DNA of 64,000 bases from an uncultured Verrucomicrobiae bacterium (GTDB lineage Bacteria; Verrucomicrobiota; Verrucomicrobiia; Chthoniobacterales; UBA10450), in the NCBI GenBank assembly GCA_963815455.1, contig CAWFGO010000003.1, positions 704,001 through 768,000 on the forward strand, given 5' to 3'. Shown here piece by piece: positions 50,250 through 60,040 of the stretch (position 1 is its first letter; each line of letters begins with the position of its first letter). The position numbers and the translations under genes are program-made. The notes below the pieces were generated by a model that did no database searches, was not told the origin of the DNA, and saw only the letters and a program-made list of their open reading frames with translations.

Positions 50250-53200
50250 TTAAGGCGCCAGCGCGCTACCGATATTCGCTTTCACCTGCGACGCATCTGA
50301 GGCGTTAATCGTTCCATTGGCATTTACGTCGGAACGGAAGTTTGAGGCGTCAACCGTTTGGCCGATTCGCGATTTGGTCTGGCTGACATCGGACGCGTTC
50401 ACTATGCGATTGCCGTTCGTGTCACCGACGAGGAAGCCGATGGGCACCGTGGCCGGACTCACAGAACCGCCGCTGGTGCTCAGAGTTAACACTTGTGCAT
50501 TCGACACGCCGGTCAGGTCCACGATCATATCATTCCCGCTGTAGGAAACGCTGTTCACAGTGCCGGTACCAGCTGCCGGGCTATGGGCAATGACACTTGC
50601 AGTCGCCCCTGTTGGATCCGCCGAATGGCTAAGAACAATGGTGTGATTCCCAGCGATACCGCCATTACCCGAGCGGTCCTCCACGCCGGATGGACCGGTA
50701 AGAGGCAGCGGGATCGAGAAGTTGCCCACGCCCCCGTGGGTTTTCCGCGACACTACACTGGGTGCAGGGGCACACGGGCCGGGACCGGCGCCGGTACCGA
50801 TAAGGCCCGAGACGGTGAACTGATATCCCGAGCAACCCGCCAGGCCTGCATTTGCTTCCTGCTGAACTACAACAAGGGTCGCATTTGCGGGAACGTCCAC
50901 CGAGAACGTGTTACCGACGGCGCCCGGGCTGCCGCCTGGATCGCCAAGGTAATTGGTGCACAAGTTGGTTGGATCGTAGCTGGTAAGATACGCGGCCGGG
51001 ATGATATCGTTAGCCGGAGTTGGGCAGCTTTGCGTGGTTGTTATGGTGACGCACGTCGCTGCCGGGCCGTTTGTAAACGTGTATTGATCGTAGAGGCGTG
51101 CACCCGCACCCAACGGGCCGGGACACGCTTTGACCGTGCCGCATGTGCTGGCGACTCCGTTGCGGCCGAGGCGTCCGTTCGGCTGCTGCAGATCTCCGGC
51201 AGTCAGGGCGCCATTGGTCGTGATGGTTGGAACCTGGCAGGTCGGCAGACTGAAGTTCACTACACTGGAACCTCCGCTGAAGCTTACCGTCAGAGTAAAG
51301 TTAATCGTCGTGCCGCACGCGAATACATTGGAAGTGCTGACAAGAAATGGAGACGCATTCACGGCCACGCCATTTTCATTCGTATCCGGATACGGTGAAT
51401 TTGGCTGGGTAATCGTCACGCCCGGAGTAGAAGTCGAAAGCACCGCCGAAACGTTCGCCCCCTTCAAGCAGCCGTCATTCAAGATCGAAATGTTCAACGC
51501 GTTGCACTCATTCGGTTCGAGAATGCCGTTTCCGTTTCCGCCGGCGACGGAGACGGTCGAAGATTGGTAGGCAAACGCGGCCGTGCCGCTAAGGCATCCA
51601 TTCTGAATCGTGGTGTTGCCGTTGGTGATCGTGACATTGAATGGACCGATCGCGACGCACTTGTGCGCCGGATCGCTAATCGTCACTGAATAACTGCCCG
51701 GCGAAAGGTTCATCGAATAAGTGCCATCCGGCTTCGTCGCGCTGGAGAATCCGGTAGACGGGCCCCCTGTAACCTGCACCAGCGCGTCCTTGAGCAACGC
51801 CCCGGTATCGCAAGCCGTAATGGTTCCGGCCAAAGTCCCTTGCTGGGGAGCGACCGTGCCGGCGTATTTGAATTTGCCGATGCGCGTCTGCCAGGCGAAA
51901 CCGGCAGCCGGGCTGGTCGAGTAATACTCGTTCGTAACCCAGAAGGTTGCATCGTCCGACGGGTCCAACGACGCATTGCTGTAGTCCCCCCACCGATTAC
52001 CGGTCCCGATCTGGACTCCTGTTCCGGCAAACATCGTCGCTTCGCCCTGGGCCAATGTCCCGGGTGGATCTCCGAGCAGTCGCCCGGCGTAGCTGATCGA
52101 CGGAAAAACGGAAGAGCTCGATATACTGAATCCAACTGCCAGATTACCGGCATTATCCAGCGCCGTGCTTCCCATCCAGCGCTCGTTGCTGTCGGGCGAA
52201 TAGGTTCCTTGATCTTGAATCGAGTACGGGTTGCCCGGAGAAGTTTTCTGCAAAATAAAATAGCGCGTCCCGGCCTTATATTGCGCGACCGTCGGGAAAA
52301 TTCCTGGTGCTGGGATCGTGCCTGCATTGACTGTGAAGCAGGTCGTCAACATCTCAGAGCCTCCCCGATTGACGTAAAACAGGCGAAGCATCAAACGGTC
52401 CCCAATGGTGTCCACATAATCGGCAGCGGTCGCCGGGGCCGGCTCCTCGATATCCGCTCGCCCGCTTGGATTACGCGTATCGAAGGATGCCAAAGGCAAT
52501 GGACTTTCCGGACGTTCCAAGAACGTGGAGTTCGCGGGCGTCGCGAAATCAACGTGGAAATTGAACAGCCTGACCGCATCCGAGGGATCGCCCGCAAAAG
52601 CATCATCGGTAAAAACCGCGAAAACGTTGGGGGCCCCAGCCGGAGGCGGCGTTAACCCGCTGAAATCCGTCGGGATCATCCCGGACGAAGCATTGCTGAG
52701 ATTCGGGCCGGCGTTGAAATAAACATAGGAAGCGGTGGAATCGCCTACGAGCATCTTCGTCCGGTCGAACGCGAGGCACCCGAAGCCGTTATAAGGACCA
52801 CCGTTGGTAAACTGGCGGTCGGTATAATAGTACGCGTCCGGCCATGCCCCGAGCTTGGGATAATCGGGAAATTCGTTCCCTGGCATTACGAAATCGTAAA
52901 TCCAATACGCGCCAGTCGGGTCGCCGGTTTTCGAAATGGCAATGGCCGTGTGGTACGGCGGCGAGGTTTGGCTCGTGAAAGCGAACTGGCTGATTAGCCA
53001 CCGATTGGCCATTCGATCGTAAAGAACAATCTGGTCACCCGCATCGCCGGCAGCAACAACACCGCCCAGCGGCGCGAAGAGGCTGCTCAGTTTAAAGGCC
53101 GGGCCGCGCGGAACTCCATTCTTGTCCCAAATGCGAACCAGGCTGTTCACTGTTTGCACGTAGTCGTTCGGGCCGACAGCCCCGGTGGTATCCGGCGGCG

Positions 53201-53612
53201 CGGAATTTTGAACAGGAATTCCTTCAAACGTAAGCGACGGAGCCGGGATGCGCGGCGTGAAATCCTTCGGAACTGAAGACTGCAGCGCCCCGTCCTTTTG
53301 CGGCGGCGCCTGCGGATTCGGCGTTCCAAAGTCGCCCGCGTTTTGCTCATTGATTTCCTCGCCTTCTCCGGCCAACTCGAAGTCAACATGCGCCTCTTGC
53401 GCGGCGAGCTCTCTCAATGGCTTGGTCTCAGCGAAGCCAACGGCATGCCCTACGATTGGAACCAGGCGGCCCAGTTTCCCGCTCTGGGGCTGCATCAAGG
53501 GGGCGTGTGTTTCGACTTTCGGCTTTTGAGCCTGACCGAGTCGCACGAAAGACGCGAAACCAATTACGGCTAGAATTGCGACGATGAATAATACTTTGCT
53601 ACGACCCGACAT
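50250..53612 (-). CDS. large secreted protein: PPD..VGPN/RWGDY domain, CarboxypepD-like domain, dockerin-like module
   Basis: Signal peptide; PPDTTGAVGPNDY, FPDYPK, RWGDY; terminal SRKTHG...GDTNGN..SDVNANG. Confidence 0.82.
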   Translation of the reverse strand: MSGRSKVLFIVAILAVIGFASFVRLGQAQKPKVETHAPLMQPQSGKLGRLVPIVGHAVGFAETKPLRELAAQEAHVDFELAGEGEEINEQNAGDFGTPNPQAPPQKDGALQSSVPKDFTPRIPAPSLTFEGIPVQNSAPPDTTGAVGPNDYVQTVNSLVRIWDKNGVPRGPAFKLSSLFAPLGGVVAAGDAGDQIVLYDRMANRWLISQFAFTSQTSPPYHTAIAISKTGDPTGAYWIYDFVMPGNEFPDYPKLGAWPDAYYYTDRQFTNGGPYNGFGCLAFDRTKMLVGDSTASYVYFNAGPNLSNASSGMIPTDFSGLTPPPAGAPNVFAVFTDDAFAGDPSDAVRLFNFHVDFATPANSTFLERPESPLPLASFDTRNPSGRADIEEPAPATAADYVDTIGDRLMLRLFYVNRGGSEMLTTCFTVNAGTIPAPGIFPTVAQYKAGTRYFILQKTSPGNPYSIQDQGTYSPDSNERWMGSTALDNAGNLAVGFSISSSSVFPSISYAGRLLGDPPGTLAQGEATMFAGTGVQIGTGNRWGDYSNASLDPSDDATFWVTNEYYSTSPAAGFAWQTRIGKFKYAGTVAPQQGTLAGTITACDTGALLKDALVQVTGGPSTGFSSATKPDGTYSMNLSPGSYSVTISDPAHKCVAIGPFNVTITNGNTTIQNGCLSGTAAFAYQSSTVSVAGGNGNGILEPNECNALNISILNDGCLKGANVSAVLSTSTPGVTITQPNSPYPDTNENGVAVNASPFLVSTSNVFACGTTINFTLTVSFSGGSSVVNFSLPTCQVPTITTNGALTAGDLQQPNGRLGRNGVASTCGTVKACPGPLGAGARLYDQYTFTNGPAATCVTITTTQSCPTPANDIIPAAYLTSYDPTNLCTNYLGDPGGSPGAVGNTFSVDVPANATLVVVQQEANAGLAGCSGYQFTVSGLIGTGAGPGPCAPAPSVVSRKTHGGVGNFSIPLPLTGPSGVEDRSGNGGIAGNHTIVLSHSADPTGATASVIAHSPAAGTGTVNSVSYSGNDMIVDLTGVSNAQVLTLSTSGGSVSPATVPIGFLVGDTNGNRIVNASDVSQTKSRIGQTVDASNFRSDVNANGTINASDASQVKANIGSALAP

Positions 53613-53855
53613 AATGAACCTCCTGTTGTGTAAATTGAGAACCGAGCGTGCTTTTCCCTCACGTGGCTGTCTCGAACTCCGCGCCTTCATCTAGAAGGGT
53701 CTTGCCAAGAGAGTCAATAATATTCTCTGCTGCTTGCATTAAAATTTCGCAATAAGCTGCCGTGAACTGCGAGTGCGCCGCGCCTACTGCCACTCAATCC
53801 CGAGCCAAACGTTACCCTTTTGCCCGAATCCAAGGCTTCGGTCACATTGATCACA

Positions 53856-55130
53856 ATGGAAGACTTGCAAACTCGCTGTGTCGTTGCAGGTGGCGGCCCG
53901 GCCGGAATGATGCTCGGTTTTCTGCTGGCCCGCGCCGGCGTCCCGGTCATCGTCCTGGAAAAACACGCCGATTTCCTGCGCGATTTCCGCGGTGACACCA
54001 TTCACCCTTCGACTCTCGAGTTGGTGCACGAACTCGGTTTGCTCGATGAGTTTCTCCAACGGCCGCATCAACAAGTGCGCGAGCTGCGCGGGGTGGTCAA
54101 CGGTCACATGGTGCCCATCGCCGATTTCTCCCGACTGCCTACCAAGTGCAAATTCATGGCTTTCATGCCCCAATGGGATTTTCTAAACTTTCTCTCCGGG
54201 CAGGCAAAACGGTTCCCGAGCTTCCAGCTGCGCATGGAGCATGAAGTTGTCGATCTTATTATGGAAGGAGACCGCGTCACGGGCGTCCGAACCAAGACGC
54301 CAGCGGGCGAGATCGACCTGCGGGCAGATCTCGTCATCGGTGCGGATGGCCGCAGTTCCATCGTGCGCGATCGCGCCGGGCTCGGCGTGCGCGAATTGGG
54401 GGTGCCGATCGACGTGCTTTGGATGCGCATTTCCAAACGCGAGGGCGATCCGGAACAAACACTCGGTTTCTTCCGGCATGGCAAACTGCTCGTGCTAATT
54501 GAACGCGGCGACTACTGGCAATGCGGCTACGTGATTCCCAAGGGCGATTTCGATGAAATCAAAGCGCGTGGACTGGCAAGGTTTCACAACGATCTCATCA
54601 GCATGGCTGAATTTCTGCGCGATCGCGTGGCCCAGCTCGACGACTGGTCGAAGATCAGGCTCCTGACCGTCCAGATCAATCGGCTGCGCAAATGGTACCG
54701 CGAAGGGTTGCTCTGCATCGGAGACGCCGCCCATGCCATGTCGCCCGCTGGAGGAGTGGGAATCAATCTCGCCATTCAAGATGCCGTCGCCGCCGCGAAT
54801 CTGTTAGCCGAAAAACTGCGGCACGGTCCGGTATCGGTTGTCGATCTTCGTCAGGTCCAGCGACGGCGGCAATGGCCGGCCGCGTTGATCCAGCGCGTCC
54901 AAGCCTTCATTCATCGTCACGTCGTCACCGGCCGGCAGACGTCCGATAAGGCGTCATTGCCACTTGTCTTGCGTCTATTAAAAGACTTCCCGATTCTGCG
55001 CCGGCTTCCGGCTCGGTTTATCGGCCTAGGCCCGCGTCCGGAACACGTCGCCCCGGCTGTTACGCCAAGCGATGGCGAAGACTCCCACCGAATTGTCCGC
55101 AGGGACGACGACCTCCGTCGTCGTCCCTAA
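53856..55130 (+). CDS. FAD-dependent oxidoreductase (UbiH-like monooxygenase)
   Basis: VAGGGPAG, DFRGDTIHP, GADG, GDAAHAMSPAGGVGINLAIQDA. Confidence 0.9.
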   Translation: MEDLQTRCVVAGGGPAGMMLGFLLARAGVPVIVLEKHADFLRDFRGDTIHPSTLELVHELGLLDEFLQRPHQQVRELRGVVNGHMVPIADFSRLPTKCKFMAFMPQWDFLNFLSGQAKRFPSFQLRMEHEVVDLIMEGDRVTGVRTKTPAGEIDLRADLVIGADGRSSIVRDRAGLGVRELGVPIDVLWMRISKREGDPEQTLGFFRHGKLLVLIERGDYWQCGYVIPKGDFDEIKARGLARFHNDLISMAEFLRDRVAQLDDWSKIRLLTVQINRLRKWYREGLLCIGDAAHAMSPAGGVGINLAIQDAVAAANLLAEKLRHGPVSVVDLRQVQRRRQWPAALIQRVQAFIHRHVVTGRQTSDKASLPLVLRLLKDFPILRRLPARFIGLGPRPEHVAPAVTPSDGEDSHRIVRRDDDLRRRP

Positions 55131-55162
55131 ATCTCGCGGACGAGCAGGGCTTATCCCTGCGG
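55097..55162. repeat. REP-like palindromic element
   Basis: Outer IR CCGCAGGGA...TCCCTGCGG; inner stem GGGACGACGA/TCGTCGTCCC. Confidence 0.55.
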
Positions 55163-58100
55163 TTACCTTTGAATCTTGACCGACGCTTTTCTGAATTTCG
55201 CCTTGTTGGAAAGCACGTATCCAGGTCCGCTGGTCAGATTCATCGTGGCAGTCACTTTCTTCGCGTGCGGATAATTCGCATGCAACGTGACCGTGCCCGT
55301 AGATGACCCCGCCGGGATGAGGACCTCCCCAGGCGTACCGCTCAAGGTGTAATCGCTCCCCAGGATCGCATTGCCGCTCATATAATAATAAACCGTGATT
55401 GGACAAGTGCTCGGTCCATGGATGGCCGAAACGGTGAAGGTCGCGTTCCCCCCTGTCCTCACCGAGGCCGGCGCAGCCGTCGGGTGAACCTCCAGGGTTG
55501 GGCAACAACTTCTGGTCAATGTAAATGAGCCGCTGGCCCCGCCGAAACCGGTGACTATTACATAATAGGTCGTGCCTGCAGTAGTCGGGAAAATGACCTG
55601 CGATTGCAATCCGCAATAATCATCATTCCCGGTCACGCAACTCAACGCGCCGCAGGAACCGGTAAACACCCCAATCTTGGTGTCATAACTCGATCCACAA
55701 AGGCTTAAGATGCTGTTTGTTCCGTCGCCTGTGAATTTGTACCACACTCCCGGCGCAGTATTTAGACTGATCCCACAGGAAGGCACACCCGAATCGACTG
55801 TCGCTCCAACGGTGGTGCCGTTTATGGTCTGACCGCAGGCAATTGGGATGGCTCCTGGGCACAGATCATTGGCCGGAGTCGCAGTAGCGGTCGGTGTCGG
55901 TGTCGGGGTCGGCGTCGGACTCGCGCCAGTCACGCACACGTCGTCCAAGAACCAGAAAGCTGCGTCGTTCCTGAACGCGAAATGCAGATTGCTGCTGGTG
56001 CTGGTGGCGACGACATCCATCGTATAATGGGTGTAATCAAAACCACCCGCATTCACCAGCGACACGATGTTCGTACCGGCGAAGGACGCTGAAAAATCAT
56101 TCGGCCCGCTGCCCTTGTCTGTATTCGCAACCCAAAAGTCCACCGTGTATGTTTGGCCCACCGCGGTCGGGATGGTCTGGTCAAGGAAGCCGTCGCTGCC
56201 TATCGGACCCATGAACGCAGCGAAGCTTCCCGAGTGCGGATTGCCGTCAACACCGGTAAACCCGGTGTTTCCGCTCTGGGTCCAACCTGTGAAGTCCCCG
56301 GTCTCGAAACCTCCATTGGCAACAAGGCAACCCCCGGTGCAGCCAACGATCTGGAATATTTGGTCGGGTGCCCCTTTATCAATAAGACAGTCTGCTCCTC
56401 TTCTTCCCCAGGTAGGACAGACTCCGAAGCCGCCGCCGGGATTCTGCCAGGCCGCGTCCGAGTTCGATGTAACTGTCCGGTCCTCCCAGGCCCACTGGCC
56501 ACCAGCAGCGAAATCCAGATTCGCCTGGACCGAAACCCAGTACGTGCCCGATGCAAGGATCAAGCTCGATGGCAACGGGATGGTGAAACTGCCGTTCGTG
56601 TCTGTTCCTATCGGCACGTTGGTATAGGTACCTCCGGCGACAGCCGCTCCCGGCAGCCCGCTCGAGTCGGAGTAGAAAGTTACGTTGACAGAGGCTGCCG
56701 GCCCACAGCTTGCGCAATTAAAATATTGCCCGTTAACGTTGACCTGACTAACAATCCAGGTCTCGCCCACCGGCACGACGAAATCATCAGCCGCCTCATC
56801 GTCAAACGCGTCACTACCAGCCTCAAAGTTTTGCGAGCCAACTCCACTTCCTGAATCGTTATCCGTCTGGTCATAGAGGACTTCTGTGCAAGAAGGCGTG
56901 GGCGTGACCGTAGGTGTTGGTGTAGGCGTCGGCGTCGGCCCACCCATGTCGAACCGGAAAGTACCGACTCGCGTGGCCCAGGAGGCACTGCTGGTAATCG
57001 TGTAGTACTCGTTGGTGTGCCAGAAGGTAAGACCGTCGGAGTAATCGACGCTCAAATAAGTATAATCCCCCCAGCGACCGCTACTGTGAGTCTGGTGGCC
57101 GCCCCCGGTGGTCATGACGGCTTCCCCTTGCGCTAGGGTGTTTAGCGGGTCGCCCGCGAGACGCCCGGCGTACCTAATGGAGGGTTCTACCGAAGAACTC
57201 GAGGCGGAATAACCAATGGCCATGTTTCCCATCGCATCCACCGAAATGCTGGGCATCCAACGGAACAATCCGTCGGCGCCATTATTAAATGACTGTTGTT
57301 GGACCGGAGTCGCGGGAATGGTGCCGCCGGTGACGTCAAATTGATACCAGCGAACCGCCATTGGACCGGTCATACTCGCCACCGTGTTGTTGTTGACCGT
57401 GTGCGCGGCCCAGAGCGATTCCGTGCCGGCGAGATTCTGATAAACGACCGGGGTCATGATTTTATCACCCAACGTGTCGAGCATCTGAGCCGTCCCAGGC
57501 TGGGGCACGAGATCGGTGCTGGTATTGGTGAATGCGTCAGTGAAAGGCGCGACCGTGATGTTGGCGTTCCAATCATGATTGGCTCCATTAATGCCTAACG
57601 TGGAATTCGCCGGGGTCATAAAATCGACATGGAATCGCCAGACATGGACTGCGGTTCGAAATTGATCGCCGGAAAACGGACTGTCGATCGCCAGCAAATA
57701 TTCGTCTGTACCCGCCGGGGGTGGAAGCCCGGTCCGGAAGGTCGCCGCCACCAGGCTGTAGGATTCGGGGCCCAGGCCGGTTGTAATCGTAAAGGCGATT
57801 ACGTTTGCGGAGCCTCCGGCAACCATACTCGCGCGATCCAAGGCAAAGACGCGAACGCCTTGGAAAGCGAGGTTGGGGCCATTGAACAAATTGACCGTCA
57901 AATAATACGCGTCGGGCCACAAGGCGAACTTGGGATAATCGCCCACGAAGGCTGGATTCGCCGGATCTACTTGCAGAGCGTACAAATACCAAGCACCCGT
58001 CGGATCGGCCGTCTGCGACACGCCGATGCATTGATAGAAAGGTCCGGGCCCAGGAAGCGACGAGAAGGCAAAATCGCTCACCAGCCAGCGGTCAGCGATA

Positions 58101-58816
58101 TGATCGTACAGAACATAACCGTCGCCGTCGTTTTGACCGAGTCCACACGGATTGGCACCCGCCGCGGAAAAGAACGAATTATAAGTGGTCCCGTTGACCC
58201 CGTTCAGCGCCATGCCCGATTTGTCAAAGATCTTGATCGATGAATTGACGGACTGAACGTAATGATTCGGACCCACATCGCCGTCCGTATCGGGCGGCAG
58301 GCAAAAGCATCCGCTCTGGGTCGAATTCAAACCATCAAAGGTCAACAACGGAGCCGGCATCCGGGGCGGTTGCATCAAGCGACTGATCAACGCCGAACCG
58401 GGCGGCTTCACCGGGGCGAATTGTTCCGGCGCTCCCGTTCTTCGCCGCGGAAACCGCATCAATCGCTGTTCCTCAACCTCGGCGTTCGGTGCGATGTAAG
58501 GAAGATCCCGCAGATTTTTGTTTTGAGCGACCGGTGTAAGGGTTCCCACCCACGTAGGCGGGCCGGAAATCGGCTGAGAACTCTGCGGCTTGTAACTCTG
58601 CTGATTCTGGTCCTGCGGAAGGGTACTTTTTGCCGGGAAGCGGCTCTGTGTCCCGGTGGATACCTGCGAATTGGATTTCTTCGTCCTGGGTTGGCCGGAC
58701 CGCGTGCCTGCTGCGCCGAGCGCGATGAACACGCCGGTCAGCAGCATCACGATTGCAATCGTAATGCGAGGATTAATAAAGGCGGATTGGGGTGCGGATT
58801 TGTCTTTCTTTTTCAT
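55163..58816 (-). CDS. large secreted protein: PPD..VGPN/RWGDY domain, PT linkers, beta-sandwich modules, C-terminal Calx-beta-like domain
   Basis: PPDTDGDVGPNHY, DYPK, RWGDY; PTPTPT linkers; TVYY.MSG.A..G.DYTL..V.IPAG. Confidence 0.8.
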   Translation of the reverse strand: MKKKDKSAPQSAFINPRITIAIVMLLTGVFIALGAAGTRSGQPRTKKSNSQVSTGTQSRFPAKSTLPQDQNQQSYKPQSSQPISGPPTWVGTLTPVAQNKNLRDLPYIAPNAEVEEQRLMRFPRRRTGAPEQFAPVKPPGSALISRLMQPPRMPAPLLTFDGLNSTQSGCFCLPPDTDGDVGPNHYVQSVNSSIKIFDKSGMALNGVNGTTYNSFFSAAGANPCGLGQNDGDGYVLYDHIADRWLVSDFAFSSLPGPGPFYQCIGVSQTADPTGAWYLYALQVDPANPAFVGDYPKFALWPDAYYLTVNLFNGPNLAFQGVRVFALDRASMVAGGSANVIAFTITTGLGPESYSLVAATFRTGLPPPAGTDEYLLAIDSPFSGDQFRTAVHVWRFHVDFMTPANSTLGINGANHDWNANITVAPFTDAFTNTSTDLVPQPGTAQMLDTLGDKIMTPVVYQNLAGTESLWAAHTVNNNTVASMTGPMAVRWYQFDVTGGTIPATPVQQQSFNNGADGLFRWMPSISVDAMGNMAIGYSASSSSVEPSIRYAGRLAGDPLNTLAQGEAVMTTGGGHQTHSSGRWGDYTYLSVDYSDGLTFWHTNEYYTITSSASWATRVGTFRFDMGGPTPTPTPTPTVTPTPSCTEVLYDQTDNDSGSGVGSQNFEAGSDAFDDEAADDFVVPVGETWIVSQVNVNGQYFNCASCGPAASVNVTFYSDSSGLPGAAVAGGTYTNVPIGTDTNGSFTIPLPSSLILASGTYWVSVQANLDFAAGGQWAWEDRTVTSNSDAAWQNPGGGFGVCPTWGRRGADCLIDKGAPDQIFQIVGCTGGCLVANGGFETGDFTGWTQSGNTGFTGVDGNPHSGSFAAFMGPIGSDGFLDQTIPTAVGQTYTVDFWVANTDKGSGPNDFSASFAGTNIVSLVNAGGFDYTHYTMDVVATSTSSNLHFAFRNDAAFWFLDDVCVTGASPTPTPTPTPTATATPANDLCPGAIPIACGQTINGTTVGATVDSGVPSCGISLNTAPGVWYKFTGDGTNSILSLCGSSYDTKIGVFTGSCGALSCVTGNDDYCGLQSQVIFPTTAGTTYYVIVTGFGGASGSFTLTRSCCPTLEVHPTAAPASVRTGGNATFTVSAIHGPSTCPITVYYYMSGNAILGSDYTLSGTPGEVLIPAGSSTGTVTLHANYPHAKKVTATMNLTSGPGYVLSNKAKFRKASVKIQR

Positions 58817-58959
58817 GGGGTTTCTCCTGATGGGGTGGGTCGCGAATAGTTTTCGTGTCGCAAACAGAAAATGTCACGTTTTTTCTTGAGAAAATTTCAG
58901 CGCTGCTCTTTGTTCTCCGCGCATTGACGCGACCTCGCGATGGCGATAAACCCTTCGCC

Positions 58960-59931
58960 ATGCAAAGCCGAGCCGCAAAGAACGTAACCTACGGCCCGTG
59001 GCTGGTCGGACTCGGCGCCGCCCTGTGGGGCACCGAAAGCGCCTGGCGCATTCCGCTTAACGAATTGTTCGATGCCAAGGTGATCGTCTTCTGGGAACAC
59101 GTCTTCATCCTGATCATGTTCCTGCCCATTCTTCTCCCGCGCCTCGGCGAGCTGCGTAAGATCGACATCCGCACCTGGTGCTTCCTCATCTTTTCCGGGT
59201 TTGCCGGTTCCGCTGTCGGCACCGTCTTTTTTACTCTCGCGCTCAAACACGGCAACCCGACCGTGGTCAATGTTATCTTAAACATTCAGCCGGTGATCTC
59301 GACCCTCGGCGCGGTCCTCATCTTTGGGGATCGTCTCGGGCCGCGTTTTTTCCTCTATGCCGCAATCGCGATTCTCGCCGGCGTATTTCTTTCCGTCGAA
59401 TATCCAATGCTCATTGGTCAATCGTTCGGACAGGCCGGACTCACCATCGGCACCGGCTACGCGCTCATTTGCGCTTTTTTCTGGGCGGGCTCGACCGTGG
59501 CCGGGCGCGGCGTGATGCTCGGCATGTCGCTAAAGCTGGCTTCCAGCATGCGCATCGTCATCGGGCTGATCTGCATGACTGCAATCCTGCTGGCCTACGG
59601 CAAACTCAACAGCGCTTCGCTCTGGCCGGTTGCGGCCCAAGCGCATCCCACAAAAGCAATGGTCTTGCTCATTCTCCTGGCATCGATCTCCGGCGGCATT
59701 CCACTTCTTATTTATTTCGAGGGACTCAGGCTCACCCGCGCCTCCACCGCCGGTTATTTCGAAATGATGCAAACACTGGCCGCTGTCTGTATTACCTGGG
59801 GATTCTTTCACGCCGCGCTTCGTCCACATCAAATCATCGCCGCCATCGTTCTTGTTGCCGCCGTCACCATGGTGCAGCGCGTCCAGGCAAAAATGGATGT
59901 AGAGGCGGCCGTGCCGGCCGCAAAGTCTTGA
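58960..59931 (+). CDS. DMT/EamA family transporter
   Basis: About 10 hydrophobic segments in two repeats; AALWG, IQPVI, YFEGL. Confidence 0.85.
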   Translation: MQSRAAKNVTYGPWLVGLGAALWGTESAWRIPLNELFDAKVIVFWEHVFILIMFLPILLPRLGELRKIDIRTWCFLIFSGFAGSAVGTVFFTLALKHGNPTVVNVILNIQPVISTLGAVLIFGDRLGPRFFLYAAIAILAGVFLSVEYPMLIGQSFGQAGLTIGTGYALICAFFWAGSTVAGRGVMLGMSLKLASSMRIVIGLICMTAILLAYGKLNSASLWPVAAQAHPTKAMVLLILLASISGGIPLLIYFEGLRLTRASTAGYFEMMQTLAAVCITWGFFHAALRPHQIIAAIVLVAAVTMVQRVQAKMDVEAAVPAAKS

Positions 59932-60040
59932 CTCCTCGTAGCAAGGGCGGCGCGAGAGTCTAATAGCCAGTCGACAAATTACCTGCTTGCTTTCGTTTGG
60001 CCAAACTCCGTAGACTTCCAATTGCCGAAAGGCCATCAAA

